64,000 bases of DNA from Candidatus Zixiibacteriota bacterium (GTDB lineage Bacteria; Zixibacteria; MSB-5A5; UBA10806; 4484-95): the NCBI GenBank assembly GCA_029932605.1, contig JAOZPT010000002.1, positions 15,873 to 79,872 of the forward strand, read 5' to 3'. Shown here piece by piece: positions 51,491-62,213 of this stretch; position 1 is the stretch's first letter, and every line of letters begins with the position of its first letter. The notes below the pieces were generated by a model, which saw only the letters and a list, made by a program, of their open reading frames with translations, had not been told where the DNA came from and made no database searches. The position numbers were made by a program, and so were the translations under genes.

Positions 51491-51669
51491 CATTATTTTA
51501 TTTTCTAGAACAATGTAAAATTATCATCAGACAGATAATTATAAAATGCTATGTTGATAACAAGCATTAGATTTTATAAAGGCTCTTTTATTACTGGCGT
51601 ATCCCCAAATCATACCTAAATTGAGACTTTGAAAAATACAACCATCTTTCTGTAACTTATATAAAAATA

Positions 51670-51699
51670 TTGACAACAATATATTCTGGCTTATATTAT
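51670..51699 (+). promoter_or_regulatory. Putative sigma70 promoter of the cas6-like gene
   Basis: TTGACA at 51670-51675 with TATATT/TATTAT 16-18 nt downstream. Confidence 0.45.
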
Positions 51700-51752
51700 C
51701 CAAAATTATAAAATGGGAATCTTAAAACAAATATCCCGAAAGGCGTATCAGC

Positions 51753-52397
51753 GTGTTAAAGGTTAATTACCTTCTATTAACAATGAAAACCGACCGTGAA
51801 GTCAAACTGGGAGTTTCTCCTTTATCATTACAGGTTACCTCGGAATATCAGAAACTATTGAACCAATCAGGTTACACCCCATCGGGAGGTAATTACCCTT
51901 TGATTCAATATAAGGTTATTCGGGGAGCACCGATCATCGTGGCTGTTAATGAGGGATGCGATGTTCTCTGGAATATTTATGATTGCTTGGATGAAATAAA
52001 CGAAAGAAGCACATGGGAGATTACCGAAAAACGGATTATCGATAAAAAAGTAAACCTTGGGCCGACCGATAAGTGGGTGCGATATCGATTCTTAACACCA
52101 TGGTTGACTATTCCCGCTGAGGAACTTGGCAAAAAGACTCAAAATAACTTACAACAGAAAAACAAAATCCTTACTCCTGTGTTGGAAAATAACTTTCTGG
52201 GTATAGCCCGTAATTTCGATATCCCTGTTGAAGATGAAATAAATATCAATTTAAATGTCAGGGATAATTTCATTATTCAGAAAGACACTGGTGTAGCTGG
52301 CTTTTTCGGTACATTCTATGCAAATTTCGAATTGCCACCATTTTTGGGACTTGGTAGGTCGATTTCCCGTGGTTTTGGTACGATTAAACATAATTAA
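51753..52397 (+). CDS. cas6: Orphan Cas6b-like RAMP protein
   Basis: YPLIQYK, YRFLTPW, and Gly-rich loop LPPFLGLGRSISRGFGTI; no other cas gene or array in window. Confidence 0.85.
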   Translation: MLKVNYLLLTMKTDREVKLGVSPLSLQVTSEYQKLLNQSGYTPSGGNYPLIQYKVIRGAPIIVAVNEGCDVLWNIYDCLDEINERSTWEITEKRIIDKKVNLGPTDKWVRYRFLTPWLTIPAEELGKKTQNNLQQKNKILTPVLENNFLGIARNFDIPVEDEININLNVRDNFIIQKDTGVAGFFGTFYANFELPPFLGLGRSISRGFGTIKHN

Positions 52398-52570
52398 ATA
52401 GAATATTTTATAAAACATGGTTTAATCTAGTTTTTTATGGTTATTATTGTGGCTGACATGGAGATAATATCACCCACGTTAAAAAACACCATCAGGATTG
52501 ACTTATCAGATAAGTGGTATTATGATTTTTTTTTACTCAGCAAATAAAAAATACTCTTTTTTTAATAATC

Positions 52571-52599
52571 TTGACATATTTTTTATTTTGACATATAAA
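52571..52599 (+). promoter_or_regulatory. Putative sigma70 promoter of grpE
   Basis: TTGACA, 17 nt spacer, TATAAA. Confidence 0.55.
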
Positions 52600-52632
52600 T
52601 TGTCTTCGTTAAATATTCATAATTGAGGTAAG

Positions 52633-53226
52633 ATGTCTGGGAAGAAAGACAAGAAGTCAAAAGCAGAAGCTATTGGTAGTGAAAAAGAAAAAAAGGCTTC
52701 TAAAGCAGCCGGCAAGCCTAAAGCTGGAGTTTCGGTTGTAGATATTAAGGAAAGTGAAGAGTATAAGGAGCTTGAGGATAAATACTTAAGGCTTGCGGCC
52801 GAGTTTGAAAATTTCAAAAAAAGAAGCGCCCGCGAATTCTCCCGCCTCATCGAGACTGCCAGTGATGATTTGATGCTTGAGTTACTGGAGGTCATCGATG
52901 ATTTCCAGAGAGCACTACAGCTTGAACATTCTAATATCAAGGCTTTCCAGAAAGGTACTGAGCTGATATATAATAAGCTTGGTGAAATCCTACGTAGAAG
53001 AAACTTAAAGGAGATAAAGGCTGTTGGTGAAGCTTTCGATCCAATGTATCACGAAGCCGTTATGCAAAAAGAGGTTGAGGACAAAGAGGATGGAATAATT
53101 ATCGAGGAATTACAAAAAGGATACCTTGTTAACGATAGAGTCCTGCGACCTTCGAGAGTGGTTGTCGCCAAGAGGAAATTGCCAGAGCCCGATGAGTCAA
53201 ATAATAATGATGTAAGCGAAAATTAG
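52633..53226 (+). CDS. grpE: Nucleotide exchange factor GrpE
   Basis: LRLAAEFENFKKR, FDPMYHEAV, QKGYLVNDRVLRPSRVVV. Confidence 0.97.
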   Translation: MSGKKDKKSKAEAIGSEKEKKASKAAGKPKAGVSVVDIKESEEYKELEDKYLRLAAEFENFKKRSAREFSRLIETASDDLMLELLEVIDDFQRALQLEHSNIKAFQKGTELIYNKLGEILRRRNLKEIKAVGEAFDPMYHEAVMQKEVEDKEDGIIIEELQKGYLVNDRVLRPSRVVVAKRKLPEPDESNNNDVSEN

Positions 53227-53458
53227 CGGGGTTTAATAAAGGGACATCTTTTTCGACTAATTAATTAAAGCCTGGTTAAATAATTTGTACTCGAGAATCA
53301 GCGTTCTTCGATATGTTATTTATTAAAAATACAAGGTTCAAAAAGCTGGTTACAGACGTTTTTTTATAATAGTTGGTTTTAAGAATTATTAATCAAAAAT
53401 AGATACAAATGTAATTTAGTTTAATATGATGACATAAAACATATCAAAAGGAGTTTTG

Positions 53459-54328
53459 ATGACACGGATTATCGGTATCGTCAACTTAAAAGGTGGTGTG
53501 GGTAAGACAACAACATGTGTTAATCTTGGAGCCGCTCTTGCTTTAAAAGGGCAGAAAGTGCTTTTGATTGACTTAGACCCCCAACAGAGCCTGACCAGCT
53601 GGGCAGGGATAGACCAGTGGCCGACAATAAGCAATGTACTCTCCGGTGAAACGGATGCTTCTCAGGCGATTGTTAAATGGGAGAAGACCGGTTGCTGGGT
53701 AATCCCATCCGGGGAAGATCTGCGCTTGAAAGAAAATCAGCTTACAACGCTTGATCAACGCGAGTTTGTCCTGAAAAATAAATTGCAGATATTGGAAGAT
53801 TTCGACTATATGTTTATAGATACTTCCCCATCCTATGGACTTTTGACAATTAATGCTATTTGCGCCTCAACCGAGATTATCATCCCCTTGCAGACTGAGA
53901 TACTGGCTCTTGAAAGCACAATCCCATTTTTCGATACCCTGGGAGATATAAAAGAAAGATTTCACCCACGGTTGAAAATTACCGGTATTTTACCGTGCAT
54001 GTTTGATGCACGCACCCGTTTGTCTAAAAATACTCTTGACCAGATGAGGTCATCAGAATACCTCGGACCGCTTTTATTTAAAACATTCATAAGGAAAAAT
54101 GTCAGGTTGGCTGAAACTCCCGCTCAGGGTTTTGCTGTAACCCGATATTCATCAGCTTATGGTGCCGAGGACTATATAGCCCTGGCTGAGGAGGTTCATA
54201 GCAGAGGCGGAGAACTGGGAATTGAGGTTTTACCCGACGATAAAAACGGAATTGAAATGGATTCAGCAGAAGTAATATCATCAGAATCTCAATCGCCTAA
54301 TCTAATGGGAAAATCAGATGATCTTTAA
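53459..54328 (+). CDS. ParA/Soj family ATPase
   Basis: NLKGGVGKTTT, IDLDPQ, IDTSP, IRKNVRLAETP; no parB adjacent. Confidence 0.92.
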   Translation: MTRIIGIVNLKGGVGKTTTCVNLGAALALKGQKVLLIDLDPQQSLTSWAGIDQWPTISNVLSGETDASQAIVKWEKTGCWVIPSGEDLRLKENQLTTLDQREFVLKNKLQILEDFDYMFIDTSPSYGLLTINAICASTEIIIPLQTEILALESTIPFFDTLGDIKERFHPRLKITGILPCMFDARTRLSKNTLDQMRSSEYLGPLLFKTFIRKNVRLAETPAQGFAVTRYSSAYGAEDYIALAEEVHSRGGELGIEVLPDDKNGIEMDSAEVISSESQSPNLMGKSDDL

Positions 54329-54396
54329 TGCGATAAACTAAAGATATAATTTTTATGAAACCAGACGTTTGAAAACAGGTAGGTGAGATGAGTGTT

Positions 54397-54618
54397 ATGA
54401 AGATTTCTATTGAATACTGCGTTGAGTGAAATTATGAACCGCAAGCGACCAGTTTGGCCACAGCTTTGAAGAAACGTTTTGGCGTAAAGTCCCAATTGAT
54501 TAAATCGGGCGGGGGTGTATTTGAGATTGTAAAAGACGATGTTTTGATTTTCTCCAAAAAGCAAACCGGAAGATTCCCGGAGCATGATGAGATTTTCGAA
54601 AAGATAAAGGAAAAATAA
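54397..54618 (+). CDS. SelT/SelW/SelH (Rdx family) selenoprotein, Sec at TGA 54427-54429
   Basis: Manual translation MKISIEYCVEUNYEPQATSLATALKKRFGVKSQLIKSGGGVFEIVKDDVLIFSKKQTGRFPEHDEIFEKIKEK; CxxU, GGVFEI and SKK..GRFP motifs; alternative in-frame ATG at 54388. Confidence 0.92.
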
Positions 54619-54851
54619 AATAATTTTTTAACAGTAAAAGATATTTTTTTATTCGATTAAAAAAGGCCACCGATATCATACAGTTTTTTAACATCAAACC
54701 TGACAAATTGCTTTTTTAATTTGAACTTGCTTTAAAATTTTCAAATATTTATATTTTTTAACGTGGAGAAAATATCGGGATATTCTATAATTACGATTTA
54801 TGACATTAAAGTAGCTTTTAATGAAAAATCATATAAGGTGTATTTAACATA

Positions 54852-55676
54852 ATGTTTACGCTTTTGAAATATGTTTTCTCGGTAGTTATCTGGGCTGTTG
54901 TTGCGGCAGCTTTCCTGATTGCTAAGAGTCCAGAGCTATTCTTGTTCTGGGTGTTGATAGGCGCTGTTTTGATACTATCCTGGTTGGTCAAATTCATTTG
55001 GAAATGGATCGTGGGCATATTTTTCCCCACTATTATGATAAGGTCATTCGCTTTATTTATCATGCTTGCTATTATTTTATTTGCTCTTGTATACCAGGCT
55101 ATTATCGTCCCGGGTTTGAATCACTGGGGCACAACTAAAAACGAACTGGAAAAACAATACCCTATAGATAAGTTCCTCCCTCAGTCTAAAACAGTGGCTT
55201 ATCGGGCGGTCACAATCGATGCGCCGGTGAATAGAGTTTACCCGCTGATAGAACAACTGGCTACCGAGGGGCTTTTGAATTTTAATGTAAACATTTTCGA
55301 TTTGCTCAAAAATGAACCAGCTATGTTCATATTCAAAAAAACAGAAAGCTTTAATGGCCTTTCCAATATTAATGTGGGTGACAGATTTTTAGTGGGCGAG
55401 ATAGTCCAGGCAGAAAGGAATCGCAGCTTGACTTTAAAGCTGGATCAGCGAAGGTTTCCCTGGAATAAGTTCAATAATATTTATGCCGGCTATTACCTTG
55501 ACAAACAGGGGAAAAATAAAACAAGAGTGGTGATGAAAATCAAAGCCGATTACGAGGGATATTTTGCCTGGTTTTCTGCGAAATATTTAATAGAACTGGG
55601 CGACTACTGGGTCTCTCGTTACCAATTAAATACCGTTAAGATGATGGCTGAGGCCCCGGTTACTGAGAAGGGTTAA
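54852..55676 (+). CDS. Membrane-anchored protein with SRPBCC-like domain
   Basis: Three N-terminal TM segments, then HWGTT..E...RAVTIDAP..VYP.I.QL. Confidence 0.65.
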   Translation: MFTLLKYVFSVVIWAVVAAAFLIAKSPELFLFWVLIGAVLILSWLVKFIWKWIVGIFFPTIMIRSFALFIMLAIILFALVYQAIIVPGLNHWGTTKNELEKQYPIDKFLPQSKTVAYRAVTIDAPVNRVYPLIEQLATEGLLNFNVNIFDLLKNEPAMFIFKKTESFNGLSNINVGDRFLVGEIVQAERNRSLTLKLDQRRFPWNKFNNIYAGYYLDKQGKNKTRVVMKIKADYEGYFAWFSAKYLIELGDYWVSRYQLNTVKMMAEAPVTEKG

Positions 55677-55740
55677 AAATGACTACCCGTTTTTGCTGTG
55701 TATTAACCTCAAATCCAATGAACTTATCGAGCAGTTAAAG

Positions 55741-56970
55741 ATGTCAGAATTGTTATATTTAATCATAGGCATCGTTGTCGGGGTTATTGTCGTCCTGTTG
55801 ATTTCTTACCTGAGGAGAAAAGATACTAAAGCTTTGGCTCAGCAGTTGGTTTTGGATGCTCAGGCGGAAAAGCTAAAGGACTTAGAAAGTTTTTTAGGCA
55901 GGATAAAAGAGTCTTTTGATTCAGTATCCATGGAGGCACTGAACAAAAGCTTAAAACAACATCTGGAAATTGCAAAAAGTGCGCTGTCAGAGCAGTCAGC
56001 CCTGGGGGCTAAAGAGCTGGAGAGCAAAAAGGATTTAATTTCCCAGACTTATAAATCGATGAAAGATGAGCTGGAGAAAGTTAGCAGTTTGATAACGGAA
56101 TTTGAGAAGGACCGCCAGAAGAAATATGGAGAGTTGACAAACCTTCTCAGCAATACGAGCAATGAACTGAATCGTCTTCAGGAAACAACGGGTAAGCTGA
56201 CCACCGCCTTATCCAGCGCCAGCATGAGAGGCCAATGGGGTGAAAGAATGGCAGAGGATGTCTTGAAGTTGGCGGGTTTTATTGAGGGTATTAACTATTA
56301 TAAACAGAAAACTCTCGAGAGCTCAAGATACCGCCCCGATTTTACATTTACATTGCCCAATAATCAAAAAATTAACATGGATGTTAAGTTTCCATTTGAC
56401 AATTATTGGCATTATTTAGAGGCTGATAATTCTGATGATAAGAACAGATTCAAAAACATGTTTTTAAGAGATGTTAGAAATCATATACGAGACGTTACTT
56501 CTCGTGATTATATCAATCCTGATGATAACACCTTGCCATATGTCATAATGTTTATTCCTAACGAACAAGTCTACTCGTTTATCAATGAAAGTGACAGGTC
56601 AATACTTGACGAAGCCATCGAAAATAAGGTGGCTTTATGCTCACCGTTGACGCTTTTTGCTATACTGGCCATAATCAGGCAGGCGGTTGAAAATTTTAAG
56701 TTGGAAAGTACAGCAGGCCAGATGTCATCTTTGATGGGCAATTTCAAAAAACAGTGGGAACTGTTCATCGCAGGTATGAATAAAATGGGTAAACGAATAG
56801 ATGATGCACAGAGAGAATACAACAGGCTGGTTACGACCCGTAAAAACCAGCTTCAAAAACCGCTGGACAAAATAGAAGAGCTGAGAATACAAAAGGGTTT
56901 GCCGATATCTGAGATTGAAGAGGTCGGGTTTGATGAAGAAAACTTTCTTGATGTTAAAAACGATGATTAA
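55741..56970 (+). CDS. rmuC: DNA recombination protein RmuC
   Basis: TM anchor, coiled coil, RGQWGE, RPDF, DVKFP, MFIPNE, SPLTL. Confidence 0.93.
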   Translation: MSELLYLIIGIVVGVIVVLLISYLRRKDTKALAQQLVLDAQAEKLKDLESFLGRIKESFDSVSMEALNKSLKQHLEIAKSALSEQSALGAKELESKKDLISQTYKSMKDELEKVSSLITEFEKDRQKKYGELTNLLSNTSNELNRLQETTGKLTTALSSASMRGQWGERMAEDVLKLAGFIEGINYYKQKTLESSRYRPDFTFTLPNNQKINMDVKFPFDNYWHYLEADNSDDKNRFKNMFLRDVRNHIRDVTSRDYINPDDNTLPYVIMFIPNEQVYSFINESDRSILDEAIENKVALCSPLTLFAILAIIRQAVENFKLESTAGQMSSLMGNFKKQWELFIAGMNKMGKRIDDAQREYNRLVTTRKNQLQKPLDKIEELRIQKGLPISEIEEVGFDEENFLDVKNDD

Positions 56971-57125
56971 TCTTTTTAAATTTAAAAGTATTAAAGTTGA
57001 ATAAAAAATTAAACATTCTTTTTGGTCTTTAGTTATTATTTTGTGCTGTTGCATTTTTAATAAAAATATGTTATATAAATTAATCATATAGATTTATACT
57101 ATGAAAGCAAAGGAGTTAAAATAAA

Positions 57126-59060
57126 ATGTCAAAAGTGATAGGAATAGACCTTGGCACTACTAATTCATGCGTGGCGGTAATGGAGGCTGGTGAGGCGAAA
57201 GTCATCACCAATCCTGATGGCTCTCGCACCACTCCCTCGGTGGTGGCTTTTACAAAAACCGGCGAAAGGCTTATCGGCCAAACTGCCAAAAGGCAGGCGA
57301 TAACCAACCCGGAAAACACGATATTCTCCATCAAACGGTTTATGGGGCGTCGCCATGGTGAGGTTTCCTCGGAGGAGAAAATTGTTCCTTACAAAGTGAC
57401 TCATGCCCCCAATGACGACGTTCGAGTAATAGCTCAGGGTAAAGAATATGCGCCACCGGAAATATCGGCAATGATTCTTCAGTATCTCAAAAAAGCAGCT
57501 GAGGAATATCTTGGTGAAACCGTTACTAAAGCAGTAATTACTGTACCAGCTTATTTCAATGACAGTCAAAGGCAAGCAACCAAGGATGCCGGTGAGATTG
57601 CCGGTCTTGAGGTGCTTCGGATTATTAACGAACCAACAGCTGCTTCTCTGGCTTACGGCCTTGACAAGAAAAAAGACCAGAAAATTGCAGTATTTGACCT
57701 AGGAGGTGGCACTTTTGACATCTCGATACTGGATTTGGGCGAGGGAGTATTTGAAGTAAGGGCTACAAACGGTGATACACATCTGGGTGGTGACGATTTC
57801 GATCAACGGATCATTGATTATCTGGCAGATGAGTTCAAAAAAGACCAGGGTATTGATCTCCGGCAAGATAGAATGGCTTTGCAACGATTGAAAGAGGCCG
57901 CTGAAAAGGCAAAGTGCGAGCTATCGACAACTATGCAAACCAACATTAATCTACCCTTTATAACTGCTGACCAGTCAGGCCCGAAACATCTTGATATGAC
58001 ATTAACACGTGCCAAGCTAGAACAATTATGTGATGACTTAATTCAACGTGTAATCGAACCCTGTCGCCAAGCTTTAGAGGATGCCAAGCTCTCCACCGGC
58101 GATATCAATGAAGTTATATTGGTTGGTGGAATGACGCGTATGCCAAAGGTTCAGGAAACTGTCAAGGAGCTTTTCGGACGAGAACCTCATAAGGGAGTCA
58201 ATCCCGATGAGGTGGTGGCAGTTGGAGCGGCCATTCAAGCCGGTGTTTTAGCCGGTGATGTTAAAGATGTACTTCTTCTGGATGTTACCCCACTATCTCT
58301 TGGTATCGAAACTCTTGGCGGTGTTTTCACCAAGCTTATCGAACGCAACACCACAATTCCCACTAAAAAGTCGCAGATATTTTCCACGGCGGCTGACAAT
58401 CAACCAGCTGTTTCCATCAATGTGCTTCAGGGTGAACGTGAAATGGCAATAGACAACCGCACGTTGGGAAGATTCGATTTGGTTGGCATTCCTCCCGCTC
58501 CTCGAGGCGTACCGCAGATCGAGGTTACTTTCGATATCGATGCTAATGGTATCATGCATGTTTCAGCCAAGGACCTTGGAACGGGCAAAGAACAATCAAT
58601 CAAAATCGAATCCTCTTCTGGATTAACTGAACAAGAGATTGAGCGGATGAAGAAAGATGGGGAACTTCATTCGGAAGAGGATAAGAAGCGCCGTCAACTT
58701 GTCGAAGCTAAGAACAAAGCTGACTCAATGATATACACAACCGAGAAGTCGCTCAAAGAATATGGTGATAAAATATCCGAAGATGACAAGAAGAAAATTG
58801 AACAGGCAATAAACACCTGTAGAGAGGCTATGAAATCCGACGATACCGAGCGGATAAACAAGACTGTCGAAGAGTTGATGACAGTCTCGCACAAACTGGC
58901 AGAGGAGATCTATAAAAAGACATCCACTGAGAGTAAGCAGACCGCCGGTGACCAAACGGCGGAAACAAAGAAAGCTCATACTGCCGATTCCGGTGACAAG
59001 GGCAAGGGTAAAGACGAGGGGGCAGTTGATGCAGACTTTGAAGTTGTCGATGATAAATAA
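57126..59060 (+). CDS. dnaK: Chaperone DnaK
   Basis: [54 protein letters not shown]. Confidence 0.99.
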   Translation: MSKVIGIDLGTTNSCVAVMEAGEAKVITNPDGSRTTPSVVAFTKTGERLIGQTAKRQAITNPENTIFSIKRFMGRRHGEVSSEEKIVPYKVTHAPNDDVRVIAQGKEYAPPEISAMILQYLKKAAEEYLGETVTKAVITVPAYFNDSQRQATKDAGEIAGLEVLRIINEPTAASLAYGLDKKKDQKIAVFDLGGGTFDISILDLGEGVFEVRATNGDTHLGGDDFDQRIIDYLADEFKKDQGIDLRQDRMALQRLKEAAEKAKCELSTTMQTNINLPFITADQSGPKHLDMTLTRAKLEQLCDDLIQRVIEPCRQALEDAKLSTGDINEVILVGGMTRMPKVQETVKELFGREPHKGVNPDEVVAVGAAIQAGVLAGDVKDVLLLDVTPLSLGIETLGGVFTKLIERNTTIPTKKSQIFSTAADNQPAVSINVLQGEREMAIDNRTLGRFDLVGIPPAPRGVPQIEVTFDIDANGIMHVSAKDLGTGKEQSIKIESSSGLTEQEIERMKKDGELHSEEDKKRRQLVEAKNKADSMIYTTEKSLKEYGDKISEDDKKKIEQAINTCREAMKSDDTERINKTVEELMTVSHKLAEEIYKKTSTESKQTAGDQTAETKKAHTADSGDKGKGKDEGAVDADFEVVDDK

Positions 59061-59340
59061 AACCATATAATATCAACTAAAAAATTGTCAAAATGGTAAT
59101 TTATTCTTATTAAAAAACCGATAAAAATATTGATATTTCAATACTGGATGATTATCGTAAAAATCGAAAATATCAATTACAATGTTTATTTATTAGAACA
59201 TTTGGAAAATAGGTTTCACCGCTAACCGTTTAGGGAGCTTATCCATCTAACAAAGCCTGTTTGGTAATTTCTATGAAAACAAAAGAAATCCTTTTATTGC
59301 CTTAAAAACAAGTTGAACGGAAATTAAATATTAACGTATT

Positions 59341-59697
59341 ATGAGTAAAATTACCAACAAAATTAAGCAATGGCTTGAAGATCAAAATCTCAGTTATGCC
59401 ATTCAAGCAGAGACTTTTGTTATTGACGGTGATGGCCCGAAACCCTTCAAATATATCCCCAATTTTATCATCTTGGGCAGACGATTCCAAAACAAAGCGG
59501 TAGTAGTTGAACCAATCACTTCATTTGTTCCTCAGGGTGGTTTAAAAAGGGTTCAAGCGTTTAAACGTCAATTTAATAGTAAGTACCATATTGTAATCAT
59601 TACTAAGAAACGGATACTGGACCTGATTCCCAAAAACGCTTATGACCAGCTTATAGTTTACGAACAGCTGGATAAGTCAAGAATCAAGTTTCGGTAA
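59341..59697 (+). CDS. Hypothetical protein, possible degenerate PD-(D/E)xK fold
   Basis: WLEDQNLSY, YIPNF and VVVEP echo the Y.PDF...IEVK pattern. Confidence 0.55.
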   Translation: MSKITNKIKQWLEDQNLSYAIQAETFVIDGDGPKPFKYIPNFIILGRRFQNKAVVVEPITSFVPQGGLKRVQAFKRQFNSKYHIVIITKKRILDLIPKNAYDQLIVYEQLDKSRIKFR

Positions 59698-59888
59698 GTT
59701 AAATAGATAAGGTCTCTTCCATTTACATTAAACATTCATCTACATTTCTGATGAGAAGTTCAACCAAGTTTTAGGGCATCATCTTATAAAGCTTAATTTT
59801 GTTTGGTTCTTCACCTCGATCTGATAAATAGCAATTTTTCTGTAAAACCATTAACATTACAGAGAAAATAGATTATATTAATACCGCT

Positions 59889-62162
59889 ATGAATAAAGAC
59901 CCTCTTGAGGGATTGAATCCTCCCCAAATGGAAGCTGTTTGTCATATTCGGGGACCTTTATTAGTATTGGCAGGAGCTGGCTCGGGCAAAACAAAAGTAA
60001 TAACTCATCGCATCGCCTATCTTGTTGCCAAACAAGTTGTCGACGCTGATCAAATTCTGGGTGTAACCTTTACCAATAAAGCCGCCAACGAGATGAAGCA
60101 ACGGGTGATAAATTTGTTAGGCCCAGCAGGACACCTGGTAACTCTTTGTACATTTCATTCATTTTGCGCAAGGCTTCTTCGCCAGCATGTCCCGTTGATT
60201 GGATACAACCGAAAATTCTCCATCTATGATGAAGCCGACAGCCTGGCTCTTATAAAACGTATCATCAAGTCCCTGGGAATACCAGAGAACCAACCCTCGC
60301 CGGAGTCTGCGCTAAACCTGATCTCCCAAGCCAAGGACAGGCTTATTTCTGCTGACACCTTTCTTAAGACATCAGACGATTACATTAAACAAAATACCGC
60401 CCGAATTTATGCAGAGTATCAACATCAATTAAAACAAAACAATGCCTTAGATTTTGATGATTTGCTTTTTACTACAGTGATATTGTTTGAAAAATTTCCA
60501 CATTTGCTTTCCCAATATCAAAAAAAATTTCCATACCTTTTGGTAGATGAATATCAGGATACCAACTATGCCCAGTATCAGTTGGTTATGCTTTTAGGAA
60601 GTAAAAATAAAAATATCTGTGTGGTTGGCGATGATGACCAATCAATTTATGGTTGGCGTGGCGCCGATATCAACAATATACTGAATTTCGAGACGGATTT
60701 TCCTGATTGCAAAGTCATAAAATTAGAGCAGAACTATCGCTCAACCAAAACCATCCTTGATGCCGCTCATGGAATTGTTATTAAAAACGAAAACCGCAAA
60801 CCGAAAAAGCTTTTCACCGTTCGGCCTGGTGGTGATAAAATAACTTTAATGCTATGCGGTGATGACCGTGAAGAGGCTGGCGCAATCGTTGATAAGATAA
60901 AATTTGGACTCTCTTCCGGTAAAAAACTCACCGACCATGCTATTTTGTACCGTACTCATGCCCAGTCACGCGCCTTGGAGGATGCTCTTCGTGATGCCGG
61001 GATACCCTATGTTATCGTTGGCGGATTGCGATTTTACGACCGTTTGGAGATTAAAGATATAATCGCTTATCTGAGGCTTTTAGTTAACCCGGACGATACT
61101 GGGTCGCTTTTGCGAATTATCAATAAACCCAAACGAGGAGTTGGCAAAAAAACTATAGAAAAAATTTTAAACCAAGCTGTAAAAACAGGTGTTCCCGCAT
61201 TTGAAGTTTTATCCAAACCCGAAGATGCAGGTATAAAAGGTAAATCAGCCGCAGAACTGACAAAGTTTTATAAAACGCTGAAAAATTTGTCTGTTGAGGT
61301 CAATGAGCTTACACCGGACGAGATTGCCATCAGACTTGTCAAACAGATAGGCTACGTAAAAATGCTCCAACAGGAAAATTCTGCCGAGGCCGATGTCCGC
61401 ATTGATAATATCGGAGAGCTAATCAATGGCATAATCGTTTATATGGAAAAAGTAAAGGAAGAACATGAAGATAGACAACCGACACTACAGGGATTTTTAG
61501 AGGAGGTTTCATTAATAACAGATGTCGATATATGGAACGAGGATGACGAGGCTGTGGTGCTTATGACCCTTCATTCCGCAAAAGGATTAGAGTTTGATAT
61601 TGTCTTTATGACCGGAATGGAACAGGGGTTATTCCCACTTCTGAGAAATTCACTTGGCCATTCATTGGTTAAGGATATGGAGGAAGAACGTAGGCTATGT
61701 TATGTGGGAATCACCAGAGCCAAAAGCAAACTACATCTTTCAATGGCTGGCTACCGAAGGCGTTTCGATGGACCAAATATTACAAGACCTTCGGAATTTC
61801 TGATGGATATACCCGAAAACCTGGTCGATGTTGAACGATATAGTTATTATAACACGAGTTTCGCTGGTAAAAATCTTAGCCTCTCAAACTCTCGTTTATC
61901 GAGAAGAGACAAACATCAATCAACCACTGACCGGTTAAGACAATCTAACACATATCAGAATGAAATTTATCATAATGATGAAGAAGCACTTGATAGATTG
62001 CTCCAGGTGGGAATGATGATATCGCATAGCAAGTTTGGTGTAGGTAAGATTATCGATAAAGAAGGTAATGGAGAGGATATGATATTGACAATCCGTTTCG
62101 GTTCGGATGTCAAGAGGATAATGCCTAAATATGTGGGGCTGGAGGTGCTTGGTTACAACTAG
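59889..62162 (+). CDS. pcrA: UvrD/PcrA ATP-dependent DNA helicase
   Basis: AGAGSGKT, TFTNKAA, DEYQD, GDDDQSIY, NYRS, HSAKGLEF, EERRLCYVGITRA, C-terminal Tudor-like HSKFGVG. Confidence 0.95.
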   Translation: MNKDPLEGLNPPQMEAVCHIRGPLLVLAGAGSGKTKVITHRIAYLVAKQVVDADQILGVTFTNKAANEMKQRVINLLGPAGHLVTLCTFHSFCARLLRQHVPLIGYNRKFSIYDEADSLALIKRIIKSLGIPENQPSPESALNLISQAKDRLISADTFLKTSDDYIKQNTARIYAEYQHQLKQNNALDFDDLLFTTVILFEKFPHLLSQYQKKFPYLLVDEYQDTNYAQYQLVMLLGSKNKNICVVGDDDQSIYGWRGADINNILNFETDFPDCKVIKLEQNYRSTKTILDAAHGIVIKNENRKPKKLFTVRPGGDKITLMLCGDDREEAGAIVDKIKFGLSSGKKLTDHAILYRTHAQSRALEDALRDAGIPYVIVGGLRFYDRLEIKDIIAYLRLLVNPDDTGSLLRIINKPKRGVGKKTIEKILNQAVKTGVPAFEVLSKPEDAGIKGKSAAELTKFYKTLKNLSVEVNELTPDEIAIRLVKQIGYVKMLQQENSAEADVRIDNIGELINGIIVYMEKVKEEHEDRQPTLQGFLEEVSLITDVDIWNEDDEAVVLMTLHSAKGLEFDIVFMTGMEQGLFPLLRNSLGHSLVKDMEEERRLCYVGITRAKSKLHLSMAGYRRRFDGPNITRPSEFLMDIPENLVDVERYSYYNTSFAGKNLSLSNSRLSRRDKHQSTTDRLRQSNTYQNEIYHNDEEALDRLLQVGMMISHSKFGVGKIIDKEGNGEDMILTIRFGSDVKRIMPKYVGLEVLGYN

Positions 62163-62213
62163 GCATTTTAAAGTGACTTACAGTATTCTTGCTGAATATT
62201 TTCTTTATTGCCT

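Noticed and set aside
51491..52632. CRISPR array flanking cas6
   Set aside because: No regularly spaced direct repeats on either side
54325..54706. Two minus-strand ORFs (86 and 68 aa)
   Set aside because: Shadows of the plus-strand selenoprotein gene
52398..57125. CIRCE operator upstream of grpE or dnaK
   Set aside because: No TTAGCACTC-N9-GAGTGCTAA match seen
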